Source of the DNA: Parcubacteria group bacterium M6-OD1-1 | GTDB lineage: Bacteria; Patescibacteriota; Minisyncoccia; GWC2-36-17; M10-OD1-4 | Direction of reading: 5' to 3' | NCBI GenBank assembly: GCA_003056085.1 | Contig: LSNK01000002.1 | Location: forward strand, 1 to 40,484 | Length of the DNA stretch: 40,484 nucleotides | Part shown: in pieces, positions 7,701-15,470 of the stretch | Layout: each line of letters starts with the position of its first letter | How positions within the stretch are numbered: position 1 is the stretch's first letter | The notes under the pieces: model-generated | What the model was told of the DNA's origin: nothing | The model's input: the letters and a program-made list of their open reading frames with translations, nothing else | Database searches by the model: none | Position numbers and translations under genes: made by a program

Positions 7701-8408
7701 ATGAAGAACTCGATGTTCTTTCTTATTTTTGCAATTATCGGACTGGTTACCGCTCCCATCGCTCAGGCCGAAACAGCCTATACTGGTGATGTCAGCGTCA
7801 AATCAAAAGATGTCTTTGATAACGGCCGAGTAATCTGGGACAATGCCGTACTTCAAGCAACAGGTTTTGCCGATTTTGGCAATGGCTGGCGCACTGAAGC
7901 AATGGCATCCCTGGGTAATGGTGCAAGTATGTATTCTGACAGCAATGGATCCCGGGTAAGTTTTGCCGGATACCGGGATATGAAAATGGGCAAGTTCGCC
8001 ATCACGGCGGGTCTTGCGTATCACGATCTCAGAAACATACGCAACACCAACCAGGATGTCCTCATCCCGTCCATTTATGTCAGCATGCCGACGGGCAGCA
8101 ATACGTCTCTCTTTACAGAGGCGAAAGGCTACATCGTCAAAAACGGCAAGGACGGCACATCGCTTGAATTTGGCGGCTCGCTCAATCATAAAATTATGGG
8201 CATTGGCGCAAATCACAGTCTGAGCGTACTTCGCGACAACACGTCGCTGTACAATTTCAGGAAAGGAACCCTGGCTGTTTACAGCGGTGAGCTGACGTGG
8301 AAAAAAAGCAAAAATATGACCATCCATCCGCTGAACTTGCGGATAATTGGCGAGAAAAATCAATCGGCAATTACCGTAGTCGGCGCCGGGTTAACCTATA
8401 AATTCTAG
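7701..8408 (+). CDS. Secreted protein with beta-barrel outer-membrane-protein hallmarks (family not identified)
   Basis: Sec signal peptide MKNSMFFLIFAIIGLVTAPIAQA/ET. Alternating hydrophobic beta-strand patterns occur throughout (FAITAGLAYHDL, LAVYSGELTWK, AITVVGAGLTYKF), ending in a C-terminal aromatic ...TYKF. GC is far above the surrounding sequence (about 45-50% by eye). Confidence 0.6.
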   Translation: MKNSMFFLIFAIIGLVTAPIAQAETAYTGDVSVKSKDVFDNGRVIWDNAVLQATGFADFGNGWRTEAMASLGNGASMYSDSNGSRVSFAGYRDMKMGKFAITAGLAYHDLRNIRNTNQDVLIPSIYVSMPTGSNTSLFTEAKGYIVKNGKDGTSLEFGGSLNHKIMGIGANHSLSVLRDNTSLYNFRKGTLAVYSGELTWKKSKNMTIHPLNLRIIGEKNQSAITVVGAGLTYKF

Positions 8409-8426
8409 TCAAATAACCCTGCTCTG

Positions 8427-8457
8427 GGGCGACATCGCAATGATGTCGCCCTTTTTT
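8427..8457 (+). terminator. Intrinsic terminator of the GC-rich cassette gene
   Basis: 10-bp stem gggcgacatc/gatgtcgccc with a 5-nt loop and a T6 run. Confidence 0.75.
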
Positions 8458-8480
8458 ATTCCAAAAATTCCCCACAAACT

Positions 8481-8499
8481 ACATAGGTGTCACCTATGT
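8481..8499. repeat. Short copy of the CATAGGTGTCACCTATG palindrome family
   Basis: ACATAGGTGTCACCTATGT is a perfect palindrome around a central T. Its core is identical to the 27-nt palindromes at 28487, 28955 and 29514. Confidence 0.8.
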
Positions 8500-8527
8500 A
8501 AACTCACTTATATAAACTTAAAATACT

Positions 8528-8571
8528 AAAATGACAACTTTGGGGACGGTCGTCCCCAAAGTTGTCATTTT
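8528..8571. repeat. Long perfect hairpin (about 21 bp stem) with GACGGTCGTC centre and A/T-tract flanks
   Basis: aaaatgacaactttggggacg gt cgtccccaaagttgtcatttt. The central 10-mer is the reverse complement of the centre of the hairpin at 23107-23150. Confidence 0.8.
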
Positions 8572-8719
8572 TATTGATACTTAAATATTTTTTTAAAAGA
8601 CTTTTTGAGGTATGTTAATTCTAAATAAAAACGTCATACTTGATTAATTTTAATCGCTTTGGCTTTTTCTTTGTTTTACTAATTTCTTTCTCTTTGAGTT
8701 AGAATTTAAAATAAACCCA

Positions 8720-8747
8720 TTGACAAAAGCATATAAAATGCTAAAAT
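8720..8747 (+). promoter_or_regulatory. Near-consensus sigma70 promoter driving the rpmE leader
   Basis: TTGACA (8720-8725), a 16-nt spacer, then TAAAAT (8742-8747). Confidence 0.55.
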
Positions 8748-8754
8748 ACCCAAT

Positions 8755-8880
8755 GTGTATTGTCTTTTTCATCGCTCGCAACCCATACACCCCTCCCTTC
8801 TGCGAGTTCAAACGGCAGCAATACACTTTAATCTTTGGGGGAGTCGGCTAAATAAAAAAAAGCCGACCCCCTCTTTTTTT
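8755..8880 (+). promoter_or_regulatory. Structured 5' leader with an intrinsic terminator upstream of rpmE (candidate attenuator or ribosomal-protein leader)
   Basis: P1 is GTGTATTG (8755-8762) paired with CAATACAC (8819-8826). An inner hairpin CTCGCA/TGCGAG (8775-8806) has a C-rich loop containing CCCCTCCC (8790-8797). The terminator is GGGGGAGTCGGCT/AGCCGACCCCCTC (8837-8873) plus T7, ending 32 nt before the rpmE ATG. Confidence 0.5.
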
Positions 8881-8911
8881 CTAATTTAAATCATATATAA
8901 AACTTAAAAAT

Positions 8912-9187
8912 ATGAAAAAAGACATCCATCCAAATTATAACGAAACATCTGTTAAGTGCGCATGCGGCAATAACTTTAAAACAGGTTCAACTCTCAGTGA
9001 AATAAACATTGAGGTTTGCAGCGAATGCCATCCTTTTTATACAGGCAAAGAAAAAGTTGTTGATACAGCAGGAAGAGTAGAGAAATTCAACAAAAAAAGA
9101 AATTTGGCGAAACCGAAAAAAGCAAAGAAAGAAAGAACTAAGCCGGAAAAATCGGAAAAAAAAGACATCAAACCGGTAAAAAAATAA
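8912..9187 (+). CDS. rpmE: 50S ribosomal protein L31 (Zn-ribbon type) with a Lys-rich C-terminal tail
   Basis: MKKDIHPNY...VKCACGN...[11 protein letters not shown]...[13 protein letters not shown] is the canonical L31 sequence pattern. Confidence 0.92.
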   Translation: MKKDIHPNYNETSVKCACGNNFKTGSTLSEINIEVCSECHPFYTGKEKVVDTAGRVEKFNKKRNLAKPKKAKKERTKPEKSEKKDIKPVKK

Positions 9188-9195
9188 CTTTCTAA

Positions 9196-9230
9196 AAAAG
9201 CCTTAAATCTAATTATTTTAAGGCTTTTTT
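9196..9230 (+). terminator. Intrinsic terminator after rpmE
   Basis: aaaaagccttaaa...tttaaggcttttt hairpin followed by a T-run. Confidence 0.6.
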
Positions 9231-9239
9231 ATATTTTTG

Positions 9240-9248
9240 TGATACAAT
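9240..9248 (+). promoter_or_regulatory. Extended -10 (TGaTACAAT) 9 nt upstream of the prfA ATG
   Basis: The sequence is tgatacaat aaaaaaaat ATG. There is no SD, and the geometry predicts a leaderless or near-leaderless mRNA. Confidence 0.4.
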
Positions 9249-9257
9249 AAAAAAAAT

Positions 9258-10304
9258 ATGTTTGAAAAGGAATTTAAAAAATTAAAAGAAGAATACCAGG
9301 AGTTAGAAAAAGAGTTTGCCTCAGGGAAGCTTTTTTCTGATACGCAAAAATACAAAGAGTTATCACAAAGATATGCGGAATTAAAAGAAATTATTCCTAA
9401 ATATGACAAACTGAAGGAAATTGAAAAAAATATAGAAGAAAATATAAAAATATTAAAAGAAGAAACTGAAGAAGAATTACTTAAGTTAGTGGAAGAAGAG
9501 CTGACTGAACTAAACTCTCAAAAGAAAGAATCAGAAAAAGAAATAAAAAATATACTTTTCCCTGATAAAAAAGCAAAATATAAAAATATAATTATGGAGA
9601 TACGAGCGGGCGCAGGTGGAGATGAAGCCGCTTTGTTTGCCTCAGACCTGCTTAAAATGTATTCAAGATATGCTCAAAAAAAAGGCTGGGATGTTTCCGT
9701 AATAAACTCTCACAACAACCCACTGGGAGGCTTTAAAGAAGTCACATTTGAAATCTCCGGTCGCGGCTCATACTCAGATATGTTTTATGAAAGCGGCGTC
9801 CATAGAGTGCAAAGAATACCTGAAACGGAAAAACAAGGAAGAATTCACACATCAACAGTGTCTGTTGCCGTATTACCGGAAGTCCCCGCATCTGAGGTCA
9901 CTATAAATCCAAGCGATTTAAGATTTGAAACTTTCAGATCCGGAGGACCCGGAGGACAAAATGTAAACAAAGTGGAAACGGCTGTAAGAGTTATTCATAT
10001 TCCGACAGGTGTTGTTGTTGCATCTCAAGTGGAAAGATCCCAGGCAAGAAACAAAGAAAAAGCTCTTCAAATTCTTCAATCAAAAATAACACAGGAACAA
10101 GAAGAAAAACAAGCAAGAGAGCTTAGTCAAGCAAGAAAAGAACAAGTTGGAACAGCAGACAGATCAGAAAAAATAAGAACTTACAACTTCCCTCAAGACA
10201 GAATAACTGATCATAGAATAAAAAAAAGCTGGCACAATATGGAGCTTATTTTAGACGGAGAAATAGATGATATTGTAGAGGAACTTAAAAAAGAACTTAA
10301 ATAA
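9258..10304 (+). CDS. prfA: Peptide chain release factor 1
   Basis: GGQ motif (RSGGPGGQNVNKVETAVR) and an RF1-type PxT tripeptide context (RIPETEKQGRIHTS). 348 aa. Confidence 0.92.
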   Translation: MFEKEFKKLKEEYQELEKEFASGKLFSDTQKYKELSQRYAELKEIIPKYDKLKEIEKNIEENIKILKEETEEELLKLVEEELTELNSQKKESEKEIKNILFPDKKAKYKNIIMEIRAGAGGDEAALFASDLLKMYSRYAQKKGWDVSVINSHNNPLGGFKEVTFEISGRGSYSDMFYESGVHRVQRIPETEKQGRIHTSTVSVAVLPEVPASEVTINPSDLRFETFRSGGPGGQNVNKVETAVRVIHIPTGVVVASQVERSQARNKEKALQILQSKITQEQEEKQARELSQARKEQVGTADRSEKIRTYNFPQDRITDHRIKKSWHNMELILDGEIDDIVEELKKELK

Positions 10305-10337
10305 AAAATCCCCAAGCTAAAAGCTTGGGGATTTTTT
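10303..10337. terminator. Bidirectional terminator between convergent prfA and the lytic transglycosylase gene
   Basis: aaaaatccccaagct aaa agcttggggattttt is a perfect stem with A and T tracts on either side. Confidence 0.75.
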
Positions 10338-10339
10338 AT

Positions 10340-11719
10340 TTAGAACTTTATTGCTGAAGATCCTCCACTCTCTATAGCATCTATCTGTTCCTGATAATAG
10401 TCTGCCCACCCAAGAACTTGTCTTGCATAATTCTGACCGGGGTATCTTCTCCAGCGTGATCCTGCATAATACATAGCGGCCGCTTTTTGTTCAGACGCTC
10501 TTGTTCTGGCATTTGCTCCATTGTTTGAAAGCTTAATCGCAGAGCCCATAAAAGCATCTTCTATGTTCCATGGTGACGGAAAATTATTACCTGTTAAAGT
10601 TGCTATCTGATTTTTATATGCCATCCAAGTTGTCGGCATAAATTGAGCCGCTCCCATAGCTCCTCCGCAACCAACGCTTCTTAAAGCTCTTGATACCGGC
10701 ATTGAGTCCGGATCAAGCCCAAGACTTGATGTAATTTCCAAGTATGCTTTCTTTTCTCTTTCCGCTCTGGATCTTTTTCCAAAACTTATATAGCATTGAT
10801 ACAAATCTTTTTGCCATGAACCACCGCCAATGTAGGTTCCCATCTTTGATTCAACTTGAAATAATCCCAATATAAAAGCCGGCCTCACACCCGTTTTCCC
10901 CCCTACAAATTTTGCCTTATTGTAGGCCTCTCCAAAAGACATTGAAACACCCACGCTTTCCAATTTGTACAGCTGTTGTTTGATTATCTGAATATCCTTT
11001 TTGCTTTTTGCAACCAAACTTCTATACTTTTTTTCATTCCCTTTAGTTTTTCGTATTAAATTATTTTTTTCAGTTTTTTTTCTTGCAAGTGAAGTTTGTT
11101 GAAGCCCAGCTAAACTTTTTAGTTTTACATTTTCTCTTTTCTTTTCTTCTAATATAGATTTTTCATTTTTAATATCATTTCTTATATTACTGATATTCTG
11201 GATAAAAATATTAACTTGTTTTTGAAGTTGAAAGATACTTTGAATTTGCCCAAAAACATCAGAAATATCTCCCCCTTTAAGCAAAAGCTCAAACCAACTT
11301 ATTTTATCATAATTATTTATTTTTTTTACAACCTCTTCAAGTAAACTTCTTTTTTGCTCCAACTCGCCGTTTAAACTGAACATCTCTTCGTTTTTGTAAC
11401 TAATCTCATCTTCTATCTCTTTAATGCTTAAATTAAGGGCTTTTTGCTCCAAATACTGCTGTTCTATCTCGTGCTCCAAAATATGAACATCGCCACTAAG
11501 AGACCTTCTTTCTTTTTTAGTTTCGCTTATTTTCCCCTGTAATTTTTCTATCTGAACTTCAATTTCCGATAATTGACTTCTTAATTCCTGTCTCTTATCT
11601 TTGCCTGTTTGAGCATTAACGTTTAATGAAAATAAAAACATAAAAATCCCCAAAATCAAAAACAATTTTGAGGATTTTTTCAAATAGTGAAAAATTATTT
11701 TAAAATTAAAAGATAGCAT
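10340..11719 (-). CDS. Secreted coiled-coil protein with a C-terminal lytic murein transglycosylase (MltB/SLT_2-like) domain
   Basis: N-terminal signal/TM, then about 230 aa of heptad-rich coiled coil. The C-terminal part has FQVESKMGTY (catalytic Glu context) and GAMGAAQFMPTTW. Confidence 0.7.
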   Translation of the reverse strand: MLSFNFKIIFHYLKKSSKLFLILGIFMFLFSLNVNAQTGKDKRQELRSQLSEIEVQIEKLQGKISETKKERRSLSGDVHILEHEIEQQYLEQKALNLSIKEIEDEISYKNEEMFSLNGELEQKRSLLEEVVKKINNYDKISWFELLLKGGDISDVFGQIQSIFQLQKQVNIFIQNISNIRNDIKNEKSILEEKKRENVKLKSLAGLQQTSLARKKTEKNNLIRKTKGNEKKYRSLVAKSKKDIQIIKQQLYKLESVGVSMSFGEAYNKAKFVGGKTGVRPAFILGLFQVESKMGTYIGGGSWQKDLYQCYISFGKRSRAEREKKAYLEITSSLGLDPDSMPVSRALRSVGCGGAMGAAQFMPTTWMAYKNQIATLTGNNFPSPWNIEDAFMGSAIKLSNNGANARTRASEQKAAAMYYAGSRWRRYPGQNYARQVLGWADYYQEQIDAIESGGSSAIKF

Positions 11720-11757
11720 ACAATAAAAAATCTAAAACTAAGAAATATTTTTTGAAA

Positions 11758-12420
11758 TTACTCCTGAGTTTCTTCCTCTTTATCTTCTTTTTTCTCTTCA
11801 GCTTCCACCTTTACACTTTCAACATCAACAGGAGCAACCTCCTCTGACAAAGCTTCTATCTCTTTTTGAGTTCTTGGCGGTATTACAGACACTACGGCTT
11901 CATCTCCCCCAAGCTTAACATTTACATTTTCAGAAATTTTTAAATCAGAAATAGAAATAACATCTCCGAATTTTTCCAAAAGACTAAGATCAACAATAAT
12001 TTCATGCGGAAGGTCTTTGGGTAAAGATGAAACTTCAACTTCATGAATATTTTTAATCAATACGCCATTTTCTGTTTTGACAACGACTGACTCACCGGAA
12101 AAAACCAAAGGAACATTAGCTGTTACCTCTTCTTTCATATTTACTTGGTATAAGTCTGCATGAATTATAAAATCACTTACAGGGTCAAAATCAACATGAT
12201 GAATTAAAACATTTTTATCTTCACTTTTTCCATCTAAACGAAGATCTAAAATAGTGCTTTCACCAGCTTCTTTATATACTTTATTAAATTCTTTTATATC
12301 TAAAGTAAGATTTAAACTGGTAATTCCTTTACCATATAAAACAGCTGGAATTTCATCGTTTTTTCTTAATGTCTTTACTTTGGAACCTGTTATTTCCCTA
12401 TTTTTTGCATTTAGTTTCAT
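11758..12420 (-). CDS. rplY: 50S ribosomal protein L25/general stress protein Ctc
   Basis: MKLNAKNREITGSKVKTLRKNDEIPAVLYGKG... is a typical L25 N-terminus. The protein has the two-domain Ctc length and an acidic tail. Confidence 0.85.
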   Translation of the reverse strand: MKLNAKNREITGSKVKTLRKNDEIPAVLYGKGITSLNLTLDIKEFNKVYKEAGESTILDLRLDGKSEDKNVLIHHVDFDPVSDFIIHADLYQVNMKEEVTANVPLVFSGESVVVKTENGVLIKNIHEVEVSSLPKDLPHEIIVDLSLLEKFGDVISISDLKISENVNVKLGGDEAVVSVIPPRTQKEIEALSEEVAPVDVESVKVEAEEKKEDKEEETQE

Positions 12421-12733
12421 ATTTTTTATTGGAATTATTACTATTTATATTGTCATACAGATTAAGAATACTATCAATCGTAATCTGCTCTGAATTTTTT
12501 ATTAAACCTATTTCTTCTTTTTGAATATCAGTTAAAATGCCCATGGTTGTTACAATTCCGTCCTTTATGGAAAAAACGGCTAACATCACAGAACTTAAAC
12601 AATCATTGCACTCAACACAATAAAGATCAGCAAAGTCATTCTTATTTATTATATTTGAGTTGCCTATTTTCAATTTATTTCGGCAAATAGGACACATACC
12701 CAAAAATGAATTTTTTATATTTTGCTTTGCCAT
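12398..12733 (-). CDS. Hypothetical zinc-ribbon protein
   Basis: CPICRNKL...(N22)...CVECNDC gives a 4-Cys ribbon. The 3' end overlaps the L25 start by 23 nt. Confidence 0.5.
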   Translation of the reverse strand: MAKQNIKNSFLGMCPICRNKLKIGNSNIINKNDFADLYCVECNDCLSSVMLAVFSIKDGIVTTMGILTDIQKEEIGLIKNSEQITIDSILNLYDNINSNNSNKKYETKCKK

Positions 12734-12793
12734 ATTTTATATGCTGTAAATTAACATAATTATTTGAAATAATCAACCCTAAAAAACACTTTT

Positions 12794-13945
12794 TTATCTT
12801 TCTATTTTATCTTTGCAATACTGACAAAACGGCAAATCTACATACCTATCCTGCCCGCATTTTTGGCATTTTTCCAATATCTTAATCCCGCATTGAGAAC
12901 AGAAATTTTTAGATAAACGAAGCGAGAAACTGCAATTTGGACATTTTTTATCTCTTAATTGCCTTAGAGCCACTCTTTTTGGATTAAATATCTTTTTTTG
13001 CAGAAAATAGACGGCTCCGCCAAAAAGCAGCGCAGAAAGTATCATTCCTAAATACAAGAGAAGACTTTTTAAGATCTGAATCTCCTTTATAAAATTCCAA
13101 ATAACTTCCAAAATAACTGCTAAAAACAACCCCCAAAAGTACACAAAGACAATTTGTACAACAAATATGGAAATTGGAACAAACAAAAATGTCACTATTA
13201 TCAAATATGGACTATTTTTTGCGCTTAGCTTAAAATAAGCTTTCAAAAGTATAAAAAATAGCGGAAAAATCAATATTATCTGCAGTAAAAATACATAAAA
13301 ATCATGTATTCTCCATAGTGACCTGTATTCTTTTTGCAGCAAACCGTACTTTTCTTGAAGTTGTTTTTCTTGAGGTTCCAACTTTTTTTCCTTTTGAGCC
13401 AAAGACGCCCTCAAAGAAGCCAATTCATTTTCCAACTTTTGAATTTGCGCAGATCTGTTTTCTGTTTCGTATCCTTTTGGAACATCCGCTATTTTTTCCA
13501 AAAGACCAAGCTGATAATTTTGTTTTAATCTTTGAAGTTCAAATTCTTTTTCGGATATATTATTTCTTAAATCGGCAATTTCTTTTCTGTCTAATTTGCC
13601 TTCCAAGAAAATCTTATCAATCCCATACTTTTTTTCAATATTGGAAAAAACGCAATCCCCGCCTATTTGCGTAAGGGAAAAATCTCTTTTGTAATAATTT
13701 CTATTCGGAGCGATATCACGAAAGGAATCTCCCCACCCATAGGTAATATATCCAAAAGAGCAAGAAGAAAGTTTTTCCGGTTTTTGCGGAACATTTCCCA
13801 AATCATCCAAAACGGCAAATCCAAACAGCAAAACAACTATCGCCATAGCTACAAGCAGCAGATAACCCAAAAACGGAGTTTTTCTTTCCCTCTCCTCAAA
13901 CCCTATTTCGTTTGTATTTTTTTGTTCTTTATTTTTTTTGAACAT
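12794..13945 (-). CDS. Hypothetical polytopic membrane protein with a coiled-coil ectodomain and a C-terminal double zinc ribbon
   Basis: One N-terminal TM, a coiled-coil segment (EFELQRLKQNY...LASLRASLAQKEKKLEPQEKQLQEKY), then about 4 TM helices. The C-terminus has CPNC..CSQC and CQKC..CQYC. Confidence 0.6.
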   Translation of the reverse strand: MFKKNKEQKNTNEIGFEERERKTPFLGYLLLVAMAIVVLLFGFAVLDDLGNVPQKPEKLSSCSFGYITYGWGDSFRDIAPNRNYYKRDFSLTQIGGDCVFSNIEKKYGIDKIFLEGKLDRKEIADLRNNISEKEFELQRLKQNYQLGLLEKIADVPKGYETENRSAQIQKLENELASLRASLAQKEKKLEPQEKQLQEKYGLLQKEYRSLWRIHDFYVFLLQIILIFPLFFILLKAYFKLSAKNSPYLIIVTFLFVPISIFVVQIVFVYFWGLFLAVILEVIWNFIKEIQILKSLLLYLGMILSALLFGGAVYFLQKKIFNPKRVALRQLRDKKCPNCSFSLRLSKNFCSQCGIKILEKCQKCGQDRYVDLPFCQYCKDKIER

Positions 13946-13947
13946 AT

Positions 13948-14820
13948 TTATATTTTATTTTCTCCTTCATTAGAATTTTGTTCTAAATTAATCCCATCAG
14001 GCAAGACCTCATTCTCTAAAATTTCCGGCTCCTGTTTTTCTTCTTGCTCCAACTCTTCAATGCTTTCCTCCATTTCCTGTTTTTCTTCTTTTAATTTTTG
14101 CTCTACACGCTCTGTCGCTTCATTTGTTAAATCTTCATCAAATCTTTTTTGAAGTTCCGGTAAAATTTCAAGAATTTTAGGCAACAACTTTATTCCTTCT
14201 TTAAAAGCTCTCGCTAAAGACTGCGCGATCTCCGGATCAAGAGAACCCATGGCTCTGCTTTCAATAACTCTTCCTCCGGAAGTCTTCCCACTTCTAAAAA
14301 GACTCTCAAAATCAACGGAACTTAACTGACTGAATTCTTCAAATAATTCATCAATCTTTTCTTGCAGAATTTTTTCTTTTTCTTCTGCGATAAGCTGTTC
14401 TTTTTCTTTTTGACTTATAAAATCTTCCTTCTGTCCCCCTAAAGCCTCTTGCTCAGACTGAAGTTTTGTCAGTTTTTCCTTATCCAACAACACACTCGGC
14501 GGCTCTTCTTCGGTCGGTGGAAGTCTAAGTTTTTCTCGCGCCTCATTTAATTTTGCTTTTGTTTCTTGAATTGATTCTGTTAATTTTGCAATCTCTTGCT
14601 GCGGAGAATCAATTTCATTTTCTAAATCTTCAAACTGTTCCTCCGGCATCAGTTTCAACTCTTCCGCCTCTTGCTCTTCTTTTATTTCTAATTTTGACTT
14701 GGCTAATTCTTCTTGTTCGGACTCACTTTCTATATTTTCCACAACATTAATCCCCTCTCCTGCTTCTTTGGAGTTTGATTCTGGATTATTCAAATCTGGG
14801 GCACTTTCCGGATTAAACAT
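13948..14820 (-). CDS. Hypothetical highly acidic coiled-coil protein
   Basis: 290 aa and very Glu-rich. It lies 2 nt from the downstream gene. No recognisable enzymatic motif. Confidence 0.55.
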   Translation of the reverse strand: MFNPESAPDLNNPESNSKEAGEGINVVENIESESEQEELAKSKLEIKEEQEAEELKLMPEEQFEDLENEIDSPQQEIAKLTESIQETKAKLNEAREKLRLPPTEEEPPSVLLDKEKLTKLQSEQEALGGQKEDFISQKEKEQLIAEEKEKILQEKIDELFEEFSQLSSVDFESLFRSGKTSGGRVIESRAMGSLDPEIAQSLARAFKEGIKLLPKILEILPELQKRFDEDLTNEATERVEQKLKEEKQEMEESIEELEQEEKQEPEILENEVLPDGINLEQNSNEGENKI

Positions 14821-14825
14821 AATTT

Positions 14826-14990
14826 TTATTTTTGTTTATCTTTTAAATAATAATAACCCGCCAAAATAACAACCGAAAGTGTAATGATGGAATTTGTCCA
14901 ATGAATACCGTGTTTTGCAACAAATACTGTAAATAAAAAATATAAAACTGCAAAAACTGCAAAATATATACTCTTTGCTTTGTCGCTCAT
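14826..14990 (-). CDS. Hypothetical 54-aa two-TM membrane protein
   Basis: Manual translation gives MSDKAKSIYFAVFAVLYFLFTVFVAKHGIHWTNSIITLSVVILAGYYYLKDKQK*. Its stop is 5 nt upstream of the next gene's start. It is below the ORF-track size cutoff. Confidence 0.4.
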   Translation of the reverse strand: MSDKAKSIYFAVFAVLYFLFTVFVAKHGIHWTNSIITLSVVILAGYYYLKDKQK

Positions 14991-15037
14991 ATTTTTCTTA
15001 ATAAATTTTGGATATTTTTCATTGCGGTTATCTATTT

Positions 15038-15265
15038 TTATTGAATATTATACATATTAGCTATACTATTCATCAACGAAGGCAAAATAACCATAATAGC
15101 TATGAGTGGCAAAATAAAGAAAATAAGCGTCAGATAAAACGTCCATTTTAAATATTTTCTTGTTTTTTCAACCGATTTATAAATAGCATCAATTTTTTTA
15201 TCTTGCTCTTGTATTTTCTCTAAAATTTCATTTTCCATATTTTTATATAAATTACTATATTTCAC
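15038..15265 (-). CDS. Hypothetical 75-aa single-TM protein
   Basis: N-terminal charged helix and one C-terminal TM (WTFYLTLIFFILPLIAIMVILP). Confidence 0.45.
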   Translation of the reverse strand: MKYSNLYKNMENEILEKIQEQDKKIDAIYKSVEKTRKYLKWTFYLTLIFFILPLIAIMVILPSLMNSIANMYNIQ

Positions 15266-15382
15266 CTAAATATATAATAACACAAAAAAACACCATATAA
15301 AATAAAACGTCTTAATGCTTTATATAAATTGGTGTTTTTTTAATTATAAAAATTTCTATTTTTATAATCCATTATTAAACCC

Positions 15383-15470
15383 TATTTTTACTTCCGCAAA
15401 TTTCTATTTTCTCTTGCGTTGTTTTTTGAGTGGCATCTTGCGCAGGAGCTATAAATTTATAAGGAATGGT
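15383..15470. repeat. Direct repeat copy A: a displaced fragment of the fba 3' end
   Basis: 88 nt match 17214-17301 with 2 mismatches (15390 a/g, 15466 a/g) at an offset of 1831 bp. On the minus strand it still reads ...IPYKFIAPAQDATQKTTQEKIEICGSKN followed by a different tail. Confidence 0.9.

Noticed and set aside
7803-8363. 186-aa minus-strand ORF and 69-aa plus-strand ORF (8014..8223) inside the GC-rich cassette
   Set aside because: Long antisense or alternate-frame open frames are expected in GC-rich DNA. The plus-strand 7701..8408 frame has a promoter, SD, signal peptide and terminator. These frames have none.
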